64,000 nt of DNA, from the NCBI GenBank assembly GCA_049903315.1, contig JBNGBT010000005.1:96001-160000 (forward strand), given 5' to 3'. Within the stretch, counting starts at the first letter, position 1, and the number at the start of each line of letters is the position of its first letter. A program made the position numbers and the translations under genes. Below the pieces are notes generated by a model that was not told the origin of the DNA, did not search any database, and saw only the letters and a program-made list of their open reading frames with translations. This stretch comes from Candidatus Cloacimonadota bacterium. GTDB taxonomy: Bacteria > Cloacimonadota > Cloacimonadia > JGIOTU-2. This document shows, piece after piece, positions 47,511 to 57,872 of this stretch.

Positions 47511-48956
47511 ATGAAAGATCTCACACAATTAGCGCTTGATGCTGCGGTTTTACATGGCGCATCATATGCGGATATACGAATTATTCTTTCAACAAACCAG
47601 AATATTTCCGTGAAAAATGGAGAAGTTGAAACACTCAATAATGCGGAGAGTATCGGCTTCGGAATTCGAGTTATAGCAAACGGATCATGGGGATTTGCTT
47701 CAAGCTCAATCCTCACAAAAGCCGAAATAAAGATCGTTGCAAAGCGTGCAGTAGAAATCGCAAAAGCATCTGCAACACTTCGTAAAGACAGCGTAAGACT
47801 TGCACCAGAACCTGTTCACCAGGACATCTGGACAACACCCTACATGATCGATCCATTTACTGTATCTCTTGAAGAAAAACTGGATCTGCTTTTCAAGATC
47901 GATGGAATTCTCAGAAAAAATGATAAGATCAAAGTGGCTGAATCCTCAATGAATTTCTGGCGCGAGCATCAATGGCTTGCAACCACTGAAGGAACTTTTA
48001 TCGAGCAGATACTGCTTCGAAGCGGAGCTGGATATTCTGCCACTGCAGTTGACGGACCAAATGTGCAGGTGCGTTCCTACCCGGCATCTTTTGGCGGACA
48101 GTACAAACAGATGGGTTACGAATTCATACTTGCTACTCCTTTTGTTAAGAATGCAGAACGAATCCGCGAAGAAGCAGTTGCGCTTCTATCTGCTCCCGAC
48201 TGTCCTGTTGGAGATATGGATCTCATTATTGGCGGAAGCCAACTCGCACTCCAAATTCATGAATCAATCGGGCATCCTTCAGAACTGGATCGAGTGCTTG
48301 GGATGGAAGCAAACTACGCAGGTACAAGCTTCTTAACTACTGATCTTTACAAAGATTATAATTATGGTTCGCCGATTGTTAACGTAGTTGCGGATTCCAC
48401 AGTTCCAACCGGGCTTGCCACTTTTGGTTACGATGATGATGGAGTTCGTGCGCAGCGCTATCATATGATCCAGAACGGATTGTATAAGATGTATCTCACC
48501 AATCGTGAACTTGCCCATGTGATCGGTGATCCCCGCAGCAGGGGTTGCAATCGAGCAGATGGCTACAGCAGCATACCTATGATAAGAATGATCAATATTT
48601 CACTCATGCCTGTGCAGGGAACACTTGATGAACTTATCTCAGATACAAAGAACGGGCTTTTCGTAGAAACTAATAAAACATGGAGCATTGATCAGCGCCG
48701 TCTGAACTTCCAATTCACAACCGAAATCGGTTGGGAGATCAAGAACGGTAAGAAAGTCCGCATGGTGAAAAATCCGACATATCAAGGAATAACACCGCAT
48801 TTCTGGCAGAGCTGCGATGCGATCTGCGGCGAGGAAGAATGGACACTCTGGGGTGTGCCGAATTGTGGAAAAGGACAACCCGGACAGCGCGCAGAAATGT
48901 CACACGGAGCTGCCCCTGCAAGGTTCAAAAAAGTCACCGTCGGTGTACATAAATAG
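47511..48956 (+). CDS. TldD/PmbA family metalloprotease (TldD type)
   Basis: YADIR, GFGIRV..GSWGF, HESIGH.SELD, YDDDG, RMIN, CGKGQP. Confidence 0.92.
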   Translation: MKDLTQLALDAAVLHGASYADIRIILSTNQNISVKNGEVETLNNAESIGFGIRVIANGSWGFASSSILTKAEIKIVAKRAVEIAKASATLRKDSVRLAPEPVHQDIWTTPYMIDPFTVSLEEKLDLLFKIDGILRKNDKIKVAESSMNFWREHQWLATTEGTFIEQILLRSGAGYSATAVDGPNVQVRSYPASFGGQYKQMGYEFILATPFVKNAERIREEAVALLSAPDCPVGDMDLIIGGSQLALQIHESIGHPSELDRVLGMEANYAGTSFLTTDLYKDYNYGSPIVNVVADSTVPTGLATFGYDDDGVRAQRYHMIQNGLYKMYLTNRELAHVIGDPRSRGCNRADGYSSIPMIRMINISLMPVQGTLDELISDTKNGLFVETNKTWSIDQRRLNFQFTTEIGWEIKNGKKVRMVKNPTYQGITPHFWQSCDAICGEEEWTLWGVPNCGKGQPGQRAEMSHGAAPARFKKVTVGVHK

Positions 48957-48967
48957 AAAGAATCAAC

Positions 48968-50578
48968 ATGAAGAGATTGCCATATATACTTATTATATTT
49001 GCTTTATTTGTAGCAATTAATGCCTGTTCGATCTTACAGCCCTATTCAATAAAAAAGATCACTCCTTCGATCCCGGAAGAATACCGGGAAAAAGTTATTG
49101 AAAGTCTCGAAGAAGCCGGGAGTAATAAAAGAGAACTCCTTAAAGTTCTTTATCACTACAAAGATGACCCGCAGAAGCTGGAAGCTGCATCCTTTTTGAT
49201 CGCATATATGCCTGACCACTGTTTTGCAGATGTTGCACTTGTGGATTCGCTGGGCAATCCAGTCCCGTTGAATGTTATGGATTTCAATACTGCATTAGAA
49301 GTACAAACACATATCGATTCACTTGAAAAAGAACTGGGAAAGCTGCATTACAAGCTGATCGAGAAGAGAGAAGATGTAAAAATCATGACAGCTCAGCTTC
49401 TTATGACACATATTGATATGGCATTTCTTGCGTATGGAACTTTACCATGGACAAACAAATATAGCTGGGATGACTTCAGAGAGTACATACTTCCCTACAG
49501 GGGATCGTCCGAGCCTTTATCTAATTGGAGATTGTATTTTTGGTATCTTTTTCCTACAGATAGAGATTCCGCTACAGATCCTCTTCAACTTGCCTATGCC
49601 ATCAATGACTCGGTAAAGAAAATTTTCACTTTTAAAGAGGTATTCTATTATCATCCTGCTGATCAGGGATTGGACGAAATGCTTAAGAACGGATACGGTC
49701 GATGTGAAGATATGACGAATTTCACCATTTATGCAATGCGAGCAAACGGGCTTGCAGTTACGAGCGATTTTACTCCATACTGGCCCGACCGTTCGAATAA
49801 CCATGCATGGAACTCTATCATATTACCAGATGGAAAGGTGATTCCTTTTATGGGTGCAGAAGCGAATCCTGGACAATACAATCTGCAGGAGAAGATAGCA
49901 AAAGTTTATCGTAAGCTGTTTTCTCAGGAGAAGAATACCCTCGCAGATGTACTTCCTGATTCGATGAAAGCACCGCCCTGGCTTGGTTATAAAAATTTCA
50001 AAGATGTGACGGATAAATATGTACCTGTTTCGGATGTAACGGTCCAGATCGATGACGATATCCCTTTTGCTTATATATCTGTTTTCAATGATAATGATTG
50101 GCAACCCATTCACTGGGGAAGTGTTGACAGCTTAAGAAATGTAACTTTCTCTGACATGGGGAGACGCATAGCATACCTTCCTGTTTTTTATGAAATTGTA
50201 GATTCGGTAATAGTGGAAAATGAAATGAAGCCTGATTATGAACCTGTACCCGCAGGTGCACCTTTTATAATGCATGAAAATGGTGAAATAATTTCATTCG
50301 ATAATAAGGGAATTGATCTGCGAGAAAAGGCAGAGATAGCATTTATCATGAAGCAGACCGGGCACGGGGGAATCAATAAGGTGAAAATTGACAGCACCTA
50401 TACCTGGTTCGTCTGGGCTGAAGATGACTGGCAGGAGATCATTGACACCACTGCAACTGCAGATTCTCTTGTTTTTGATTATTATTATCCGGAATCATTA
50501 TTTAAAATTGAAGAGGATTGCCTGCATCCCGATCCGAGGATTTTTACTGTTGAGAATGGGGAAGTATTTTTTTGGTAA
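48968..50578 (+). CDS. Transglutaminase-like domain lipoprotein
   Basis: Lipobox INAC; AG.N..EL, FREYILPYR, G.CED......MRA.G, HAWN, KVYR. Confidence 0.85.
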   Translation: MKRLPYILIIFALFVAINACSILQPYSIKKITPSIPEEYREKVIESLEEAGSNKRELLKVLYHYKDDPQKLEAASFLIAYMPDHCFADVALVDSLGNPVPLNVMDFNTALEVQTHIDSLEKELGKLHYKLIEKREDVKIMTAQLLMTHIDMAFLAYGTLPWTNKYSWDDFREYILPYRGSSEPLSNWRLYFWYLFPTDRDSATDPLQLAYAINDSVKKIFTFKEVFYYHPADQGLDEMLKNGYGRCEDMTNFTIYAMRANGLAVTSDFTPYWPDRSNNHAWNSIILPDGKVIPFMGAEANPGQYNLQEKIAKVYRKLFSQEKNTLADVLPDSMKAPPWLGYKNFKDVTDKYVPVSDVTVQIDDDIPFAYISVFNDNDWQPIHWGSVDSLRNVTFSDMGRRIAYLPVFYEIVDSVIVENEMKPDYEPVPAGAPFIMHENGEIISFDNKGIDLREKAEIAFIMKQTGHGGINKVKIDSTYTWFVWAEDDWQEIIDTTATADSLVFDYYYPESLFKIEEDCLHPDPRIFTVENGEVFFW

Positions 50579-50588
50579 TATACTCTTT

Positions 50589-50616
50589 GAAGGCGAGAAT
50601 GGCCATTCTCGCCTTC
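50589..50616. repeat. Perfect 28-bp palindrome between convergent genes
   Basis: gaaggcgagaatgg-ccattctcgccttc. Confidence 0.85.
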
Positions 50617-50625
50617 GGTATATAA

Positions 50626-52038
50626 TCATATAACCAGTAGTTTCAATTCAGTCATTTCCTCGATTGAGTATCGAACACCCTCTCGACCGAAACCGGAATT
50701 TTTAACACCACCGTAAGGCATCTGGTCAACTCGGAATGTTGGTGTATTATTGATGATCACACCACCTACTTCCAATTCCTTGAATGCAAATTTGATATGT
50801 CTTAGATTATTCGTAAACGCCCCTGCCTGCAATCCATAAGATGAATTATTAACCATCTCGACTGCATCGTCAAAAACATTAAATGGAGTGAGTGTGACCA
50901 CTGGTGCAAATACTTCGTCTTTCTCTACTTTCATAGCAGGATTCGTATTAATGAGAATTGTCGCATCCATTTTAGTTCCATCCCGTCTTCCACCACACAA
51001 AATTTTTGCTCCATATTCAACTGCTTCTTTTATCCAGTTCTCTGCGCGAATTGCTTCCTGCTCTGATATCATACAATTAAGGAATACCTGCTCATCAAGT
51101 GGATGTCCCAGTTTAATTTCCTTGGCTTTCTCTACAAATTGATTCTTGAATTCCTCAAACTGTGATTCATGAATAAAAAATCTCTGCGTATGAATACATA
51201 CCTGTCCTGCATAGGCAAATCCGCCGATAATTGATTTTTCAACAGCATCTTGGATATCGGCATCTTCATCAATAATGATTCCCGCATTTCCACCCAGTTC
51301 AAGACAAATTCGCTTTTTCTCGCACTGTTCTTTGAGCTTCCAGCCAACAGCCGGACTTCCTGTGAAGCTGATCATTTTTATGTCATCACTTTTCACAGCA
51401 CTCATAATTGTTGGACCTGAACAGGGAAGGACAGACAACATCCCGTCAGGAACATATTTTGTTACAATTTCTGCAAGATTCAGTGCAGAGAGGGGTGCCA
51501 GCGAGGATGGTTTGATAATAATGGGATTGCCAACTGCAAGTGCAGGAGCAACCTTGTGAGCAACAAGATTGAGTGGAAAATTAAATGGAGTGATGCCAAG
51601 TACTGGTCCTATTGGAAAGCGTTTTACCAGTGCATGAGTATGCGCACCTTTGGGAACGCTGTCCAGCCCGAAAAACTCACCATTGATTCTCTTTGCTTCT
51701 TCGGCAGCGAGAGTAAAGGTTTGAACCGCTCTTTTCACTTCACCGCGAGCAAAAGTAATGTTTTTTCCACACTCAAGTGCAAGTGTTTCAGTCATTAAAT
51801 CTGCTTTTATTTCTATATCCTTTGCTATTGAAGAGAGGATTTCCGAACGCTCGTACGCAGGCATTTTTTTTGAGATCTCAAAACATCTTACAGCTTTTTT
51901 AATTGCATGAACTATATGCGTGTCATTTGCAACATACACAGTTCCAACTGGAGTATTGTCGTGCGGACAGGTGATAACTTTTTTCTCTTTTGTTTTAACT
52001 AACTCATTGCCGATATAAATAGGATATTCTTTATTCAT
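50626..52038 (-). CDS. Aldehyde dehydrogenase family protein
   Basis: ITPFNFP, KPS, FTGS, LELGGN, GQVC, EVFAP, PYGGVK.SG.GREG. Confidence 0.95.
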   Translation of the reverse strand: MNKEYPIYIGNELVKTKEKKVITCPHDNTPVGTVYVANDTHIVHAIKKAVRCFEISKKMPAYERSEILSSIAKDIEIKADLMTETLALECGKNITFARGEVKRAVQTFTLAAEEAKRINGEFFGLDSVPKGAHTHALVKRFPIGPVLGITPFNFPLNLVAHKVAPALAVGNPIIIKPSSLAPLSALNLAEIVTKYVPDGMLSVLPCSGPTIMSAVKSDDIKMISFTGSPAVGWKLKEQCEKKRICLELGGNAGIIIDEDADIQDAVEKSIIGGFAYAGQVCIHTQRFFIHESQFEEFKNQFVEKAKEIKLGHPLDEQVFLNCMISEQEAIRAENWIKEAVEYGAKILCGGRRDGTKMDATILINTNPAMKVEKDEVFAPVVTLTPFNVFDDAVEMVNNSSYGLQAGAFTNNLRHIKFAFKELEVGGVIINNTPTFRVDQMPYGGVKNSGFGREGVRYSIEEMTELKLLVI

Positions 52039-52218
52039 CGCTGCCTTCTTTCGTGTGAAATGAATAGAATGAGCCCTGAGGTGATGTCAATTTTTTTACC
52101 ACATAAAACGCGGAAAAAAATTTCGTAAGGTATAACAAAAAATAATTTTTACTTTTTTACCAAACCCCAAAAATTAGTAAAGCCAAATTCACTTCCAATA
52201 CCCGGAATTCCGCTTTCA

Positions 52219-52869
52219 TCAAACATTCGGATGTTGAAGAGGATATGCTATCTCCTTTAACTCAAATAATCCCGGAACTTCATCCAGGAGAACTTTCCTG
52301 ACCATTTTGATCATCGTATTTCTGTATGTGACCTTATCGTTCTCAGATACAGATTCCGGCTTTTTATCAAGGGCTTTCTCGATCTCCCATAAAACATCCA
52401 TGTATTCGTTTCCCACAAGAAGATGTTTTCTATACAGTATTTGTAATGCTTTCCTAGATTGATGATATGCGATCTGGTAAAAATATTCCCGTCTTTCAGC
52501 TTCTATGCTTTCATCGATAAAATATTGGTTTTTCTTAGGGTCGTTTCTCCTCGCACAACCAAGAATGAATGCGACAACATCGGTGATAGTATTATCTTTA
52601 CTGCCGATGAGTGTGAATTTGTCTTTTTCAGGAGGAGTGTTATCTGATGCGAAATGTTCTAATGCAATCTGGGCTATGCGATAACCGCCAGCACCACAAA
52701 GGCATACATGTCCTAAATAAGTACACACATCTTCGAAGTGCAATGTAAAGGAGGAAATTCCTTGTTTGTATGAACTTGTAAACACTCCGTGCGGGTAGTG
52801 TAAAACAATCGGTGGAATATCAGAAATAAAACTATAATTTAAATGCCATTGACTATTGAGATTTCTCAT
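52219..52869 (-). CDS. Hypothetical protein, FmdE-like metal-binding motif
   Basis: F.DV..YLGHVCLCGAGGYRIA resembles the FmdE HGH.CPG region; ATG at 52869 preferred over TTG at 52905. Confidence 0.55.
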   Translation of the reverse strand: MRNLNSQWHLNYSFISDIPPIVLHYPHGVFTSSYKQGISSFTLHFEDVCTYLGHVCLCGAGGYRIAQIALEHFASDNTPPEKDKFTLIGSKDNTITDVVAFILGCARRNDPKKNQYFIDESIEAERREYFYQIAYHQSRKALQILYRKHLLVGNEYMDVLWEIEKALDKKPESVSENDKVTYRNTMIKMVRKVLLDEVPGLFELKEIAYPLQHPNV

Positions 52870-53075
52870 GTGACAAAGATTTTGAAGAACAAATTTTTCA
52901 GGCAAGAAATTATAAAAATATCTAAATTCGGATGTCTAATAACAAATGAATATAACTATCAATTTCAGTTTCGGGTGTGAAACTTGACAACATTCAAGAA
53001 ATATACTTTAAACTCAAAATAAATAAAGTAACATAAAGTTGCTTATTAAACGATTAAGTAATTTTAGGAGAAAGA

Positions 53076-54056
53076 ATGAAAACGACAATCCCCAAGTTCG
53101 AGGATATCAATCTTCGAAATATAAAAGTGTCCAAAAAATTAGTGGGCCCAGGACTAATTATTTTGGCTGCAATTATAATCCTACTAACCGGTTTATATAC
53201 TGTCAATCCGGAAGAGGTGGGCGTTATCCAGAGATTTGGAAAATATCTTTCGACCACAGAGCCGGGACTTCATTTCAAGTTTCCTTTTGGTATTGATAAA
53301 CTTACAAAAGTAAAAGTGAAACACGTATTTAAGGAAGAGTTTGGATTTCGGACATTGGAAGCCGGTGTTCGCACCAGATACTCTTCACAAAGTTATAATC
53401 AGGAAGCGATCATGCTTACCGGCGATCTGAATATTGCAGATGTTGGATGGATTGTTCAATATAGAATTAAGGATCCGGTACAATATCTGTTCAATGTCAG
53501 AAATGTGGAAGAGACTATGCGCGATGTATCGGAATCTGTGATCCGGGAAGTCGTGGGAGACCGCAGTGTGGACGAAGTTATCGTACTTAACAGAAAAGAA
53601 ATCGCCGATAAGTCTCAGATAATGCTACAAGATCAGCTTGATCTTTATAAAGCCGGACTGGAGATCGTTACAATAAATCTACAAAACGTGAATCCGCCCA
53701 AAGCGGTTCAGCCTGCATTCAATAATGTGAATTCAGCAAAACAGGAAAAAGAACGGATCATTAATGAAGCATGGGAAAAATATAACGAAGTGATACCAGA
53801 AGCTGAAGGAAAATCGAAGAGAACAATTGAAGAAGCTGAAGGATATGCGGTCGATAGAGTAAACAGGGCAAACGGAGATGCGAACCGCTTTATCCAGATG
53901 TATAATGAATATCGCTATTCAAAAACGGTAACCAGAAAAAGACTCTACCTGGAAATGATGGAAAAGGTGCTTCCTAATGTTGAAAAGAAGTACATTGTCG
54001 ATGACGCTCAGAGCAGCATACTGCCGCTTCTGAATCTTGAACAAGGAGGTAATTAA
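53076..54056 (+). CDS. hflK: FtsH protease modulator HflK
   Basis: GVIQRFGK...PGLH, MLTGD.N, V..AF..V..A, RLYLE. Confidence 0.95.
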   Translation: MKTTIPKFEDINLRNIKVSKKLVGPGLIILAAIIILLTGLYTVNPEEVGVIQRFGKYLSTTEPGLHFKFPFGIDKLTKVKVKHVFKEEFGFRTLEAGVRTRYSSQSYNQEAIMLTGDLNIADVGWIVQYRIKDPVQYLFNVRNVEETMRDVSESVIREVVGDRSVDEVIVLNRKEIADKSQIMLQDQLDLYKAGLEIVTINLQNVNPPKAVQPAFNNVNSAKQEKERIINEAWEKYNEVIPEAEGKSKRTIEEAEGYAVDRVNRANGDANRFIQMYNEYRYSKTVTRKRLYLEMMEKVLPNVEKKYIVDDAQSSILPLLNLEQGGN

Positions 54057-54057
54057 A

Positions 54058-54996
54058 ATGAAAAAAACACATATCATTCTCATTCTTATCATTCTACTGG
54101 CTATTATCGTAGTTTTCAATGCATTTTATATTATTGATGAAAGACAACAGGTGATTATCACTCAGTTTGGCAAACCGATAGGGGAATCGATCCAAGCTGC
54201 TGGATTGCATGTGAAGATACCCTTTTTCCAGAAAGTCCATTATTTTGATAAAAGAATACTGGAATGGGACGGTGATGCAAAGCAAATACCAACGTCAGAT
54301 AAGCGATACATCTGGCTCGATACTTTCTCCCGCTGGAAGATCGTCGATCCTTTAAAATTCTATGAAACAACTCGTTATGAAGGCAATGCGCATAGCAAAC
54401 TGGATGATATTATCAGTGGAATAACGCGAGATGTAATCAGCTCAAATAGATTGTTAGAAATTGTGAAAAGTTCTAATAGAGAAATGACCTTTACTTCTGA
54501 ATACTCAGATAGTAAATTGGTTGATGAGATCAAAGAAAAGATTGTTAATGGTCGTCAGGCAATTGCAGATTCGATCTTTAAACTCTCAAAAGTAAAAGTT
54601 GCCGAGTATGGTATCAATCTCATCGATGTTCGTATAAAAAGGTTGAATTATAATCAGGAAGTCCAGTCAAAAGTATTTGAAAGAATGATCTCGGAAAGAA
54701 ATAAGATTGCTGCAAAATATCTGTCTGAAGGAAAAGGGAATTCTTCTGAAATACTCGGTAAAATGCAGCGAGAGCTGGATCAAATTCAATCCGAAGCATA
54801 TCAGAAAGCTCAAGAGATAAAAGGAAAGGCTGATGCTTTGGCAATCACGATCTATGCAAACGCATATAATAAAGATCCTGAATTTTATGAATTTCTGAAA
54901 ACACTGGAAACGTATGAAAAGACGATTGATAATAAAAACACTATCATTATGACCACTGACAGTGATTACTATAAATTCCTCAAGAAAATCGAGTAA
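54058..54996 (+). CDS. hflC: FtsH protease modulator HflC
   Basis: QFGK, GLH.KIPF, DVRIKR, RMISER, DPEFY.F; aggagg SD. Confidence 0.95.
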   Translation: MKKTHIILILIILLAIIVVFNAFYIIDERQQVIITQFGKPIGESIQAAGLHVKIPFFQKVHYFDKRILEWDGDAKQIPTSDKRYIWLDTFSRWKIVDPLKFYETTRYEGNAHSKLDDIISGITRDVISSNRLLEIVKSSNREMTFTSEYSDSKLVDEIKEKIVNGRQAIADSIFKLSKVKVAEYGINLIDVRIKRLNYNQEVQSKVFERMISERNKIAAKYLSEGKGNSSEILGKMQRELDQIQSEAYQKAQEIKGKADALAITIYANAYNKDPEFYEFLKTLETYEKTIDNKNTIIMTTDSDYYKFLKKIE

Positions 54997-55304
54997 ACGA
55001 AAGGTAAATATCAAAATTAATATAATAAATAAAATTATGATTTGAGTGCCATGATTCATTGATAAATCTGGTAAGTAAATATCTTCACTATATAAATTAT
55101 CAAGGATAAAAATTCAAACAATTTGTCCAATTCATGCAGGTTTTTTTTGGCTAAAGATTCTGTTATAGAGGTAGTTTATAAGCAGGATTTATTTGCAATT
55201 GTTAAACTTGACAAGGGTTTATGGGCACAAACTTTATGGCACTACTTGATGAAAATGTCATAGATATAGTTATATAAGCGAAGTGAGAATTTTTAGGAGA
55301 CATA

Positions 55305-55736
55305 ATGAAAACGACATTGCCAAAAGTCGATGCAATTGAGCATCATTGGTATGTGATCAACGCAGAAGATGCTGTACTTGGCAGATTATCTACCAAAGTC
55401 GCAGAACTTCTTAGAGGAAAGCATAAACCGACTTTCACTCCATTCTTTGATATGGGTGATTTTGTTATAATATTGAACGCTGGAAAAGTAAAAGTTACAG
55501 GCCAAAAAGAATTTGCAAAAGAATACAAGCGATATTCCGGTTATTCAAGCGGACAGAGAGTGACTTCCTTCCAGCAAATGCGAGAAAACAATCCGGAACA
55601 GATCATATATCATTCTGTAAAAGGCATGCTTCCGAAGAACAAACTTCGTGACAGGATGCTCAAGAGACTCAAAATTTATACCGGCAATACTCACAATCAT
55701 CAGGCACAACTGCCTAAAGAAATTAAAATTTCTTAA
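55305..55736 (+). CDS. rplM: 50S ribosomal protein L13
   Basis: WYVI.A...LGRL, GKHKP.FTP..D.GD, KGMLPKN. Confidence 0.98.
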   Translation: MKTTLPKVDAIEHHWYVINAEDAVLGRLSTKVAELLRGKHKPTFTPFFDMGDFVIILNAGKVKVTGQKEFAKEYKRYSGYSSGQRVTSFQQMRENNPEQIIYHSVKGMLPKNKLRDRMLKRLKIYTGNTHNHQAQLPKEIKIS

Positions 55737-55753
55737 TTTTAGGAGAAATATAT

Positions 55754-56140
55754 ATGCAATATTTTGATGCAATTGGCAGGCGTAAAAACGCCGTTGCACG
55801 TGTTCGTTTATCCAAAGGAACCGGAAAAAGAATCATTAATAAAAAACTTATGAAAGATTATCTCAGTAGAGAAACTCTTGAAATGATCGTCGAAGAACCT
55901 TTCAAGCTTATTGACCAGTCTGAACGATTTGACATGAAGGTCAATGTTCGTGGCGGGGGACTTTCCGGACAAGCCGGCGCAATCCGTCTTGGCATCAGCA
56001 GAGCTCTTTTGGAGTATGATCCTGAACTACGAGGGATCCTGAAAAAAGAAGGACTTCTTACACGTGATGCTCGCGAGAAAGAACGCAGGAAATACGGACT
56101 TGCAAAAGCACGAAAAGCATATCAGTATTCAAAGAGATAA
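55754..56140 (+). CDS. rpsI: 30S ribosomal protein S9
   Basis: GRRK.AVARV, GGG.SGQAGA, ERRKYGL.KARK..Q.SKR. Confidence 0.98.
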   Translation: MQYFDAIGRRKNAVARVRLSKGTGKRIINKKLMKDYLSRETLEMIVEEPFKLIDQSERFDMKVNVRGGGLSGQAGAIRLGISRALLEYDPELRGILKKEGLLTRDAREKERRKYGLAKARKAYQYSKR

Positions 56141-56157
56141 AATATATTTAATCAATT

Positions 56158-56243
56158 AACTTCAGAGCCGCAAACGGTGCTCGGATTTTCCGAATATATG
56201 TGGCGTTGATGAAGTTAAAATAATAAACCGTTGGAGGACACAC
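56158..56243 (+). promoter_or_regulatory. Structured rpsB leader (probable S2 autoregulatory element)
   Basis: aacttca/tgaagtt, gccgca/tgtggc and tcgga/tccga stems; aacggt can pair with accgtt next to the SD. Confidence 0.65.
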
Positions 56244-57263
56244 ATGAGTGTCGTTGAAATGAAAAGTCTTCTCGAGGCTGGTGTTCATTTTGGTCATCAA
56301 ACTCGACGCTGGAATCCTAAGATGAAACGATATATCTTCATCAAAAGAAATGGGATTCACATCATTGATCTGAAACAAACCCTCGAAGCCATCAACCAGG
56401 CATATTATTTTATCAGAGAACTTGCAGCAAAAGGTCAAAGAATCCTTTTTGTTGGAACAAAAAAACAGGTGTCTGAAGGCATACAGAATGCAGCAGAAAA
56501 ATGCGATGAGTTCTTTATCAGCAACAGATGGTATGGTGGTACGTTAACAAACCTGAAAACGATCCGACAGAGCATATCAAAGCTGGATGAATTTGAAAAA
56601 TTGCAGGAAACAGGTGAAATCAATAAGTTCACCAAACTCGAAGTGCTCAAAATGCAGAGGAAGTATGATAAGATACTCAGCGCACTTGGTGGAATTCGTG
56701 ATATGGATGAAACACCAGCAGCATTGTTTATTGCAGATATTGTCTATGAAAGAAATGCAGTGAGTGAAGCCAAAAATCTCGAGATTCCTATTGTGGCTAT
56801 TGTGGATACTAATGGTGATCCTGATGGCGTTGATTATGTAATACCCGGTAATGATGATGCAATGAAATCCGTAAATCTCATTTGTGATATAATGGCAAAT
56901 GCTGTTATAGAAGGAAAGAAGATCGCTGCTGAAGGTGGAGATATTTCCGAATTTGAAGTAGCAAAAAAGGATGAAGAAGAAGTCGTTGAAGTTGAAAAAG
57001 AAGAAATCACAGAAAATGATGAGAAAGTGGTTGAAGAAGTCGTTGAAGAAGATGTAGAAGAAGAGCCGGTAGAAAAAGAAACGAAAAAAACAAAAGAAGA
57101 GAAACCGAAAAAAGAAGAGAAAAAGACCAAAAAGATAAAAAAAGAACCAGAAGAAATTATTGAAGAAAAGAAAGAAATCCGTTTTGAATGCCCCGACTGC
57201 GGTAAAACATTCTCGTCAAAACGTGGCTTAAAGATCCACCTCGGATTGGTTCATCAAAAATAA
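56244..57263 (+). CDS. rpsB: 30S ribosomal protein S2 with acidic/basic extension and C-terminal C2H2 zinc finger
   Basis: LLEAGVHFGH, WNPKM, FVGTKKQ, DTN.DP, PGNDDA; tail FECPDCGKTFSSKRGLKIHLGLVH. Confidence 0.97.
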   Translation: MSVVEMKSLLEAGVHFGHQTRRWNPKMKRYIFIKRNGIHIIDLKQTLEAINQAYYFIRELAAKGQRILFVGTKKQVSEGIQNAAEKCDEFFISNRWYGGTLTNLKTIRQSISKLDEFEKLQETGEINKFTKLEVLKMQRKYDKILSALGGIRDMDETPAALFIADIVYERNAVSEAKNLEIPIVAIVDTNGDPDGVDYVIPGNDDAMKSVNLICDIMANAVIEGKKIAAEGGDISEFEVAKKDEEEVVEVEKEEITENDEKVVEEVVEEDVEEEPVEKETKKTKEEKPKKEEKKTKKIKKEPEEIIEEKKEIRFECPDCGKTFSSKRGLKIHLGLVHQK

Positions 57264-57277
57264 TATACGGAGCTATT

Positions 57278-57871
57278 ATGGAAATTACAGCAAAACAAGT
57301 AAAAGAGTTAAGAGATAAAACAAATGTTGGTTTGATGGAATGCAAAAAAGCATTAGCAGAAGCAAATGGAAATGTTGATGAAGCAGTGAAGATCCTGCGC
57401 AAAAAGGGAATTGCAAAAGCCGAAAAGAAAGCCAGCAGAGATTCCAGCGAAGGCATTATTCATGCATATATACATCCGGGTGCAAAACTTGGTGTACTGC
57501 TTGAACTGAGCTGTGAGACAGATTTTGTTGCACGCACTGATGATTTTCAGGAAATGGCAAACCAGATCGCAATGCATATTGCTGCGACTAATCCAATGGC
57601 TATTTCTGAAGAAAATATTGATCCAAAAATTATTGCAGAAGAAAAAGAAATTTATAAAGCTCAAGCGCTCGCTGCCGGCAAACCCGAAAATATCGTTGAC
57701 AAGATCATTGAAGGTCGCCTTAAAAAATATTATACTGAGAATTGTCTACTCGACCAACCCCTTGTCATGGATGAAGACATCACTATTAAAGAGCTCATAT
57801 CTAATGCAGTATTGAAGCTTGGTGAAAACATCAGCATAAAAAGATTTGCACGATTTCAAATAGGAATGTAG
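57278..57871 (+). CDS. tsf: Elongation factor Ts (short form)
   Basis: VKELR..T..G.MECKKAL, E..CETDFVA, GENI...RF.R. Confidence 0.97.
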   Translation: MEITAKQVKELRDKTNVGLMECKKALAEANGNVDEAVKILRKKGIAKAEKKASRDSSEGIIHAYIHPGAKLGVLLELSCETDFVARTDDFQEMANQIAMHIAATNPMAISEENIDPKIIAEEKEIYKAQALAAGKPENIVDKIIEGRLKKYYTENCLLDQPLVMDEDITIKELISNAVLKLGENISIKRFARFQIGM

Positions 57872-57872
57872 C

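Noticed and set aside
47511..48956. TldD without adjacent PmbA as part of a RiPP cluster
   Set aside because: No precursor peptide or modifying enzymes nearby; unlinked tldD/pmbA is common
57278..57871. Short EF-Ts as a truncation
   Set aside because: About 200-aa EF-Ts is a known natural form and both terminal motifs are intact
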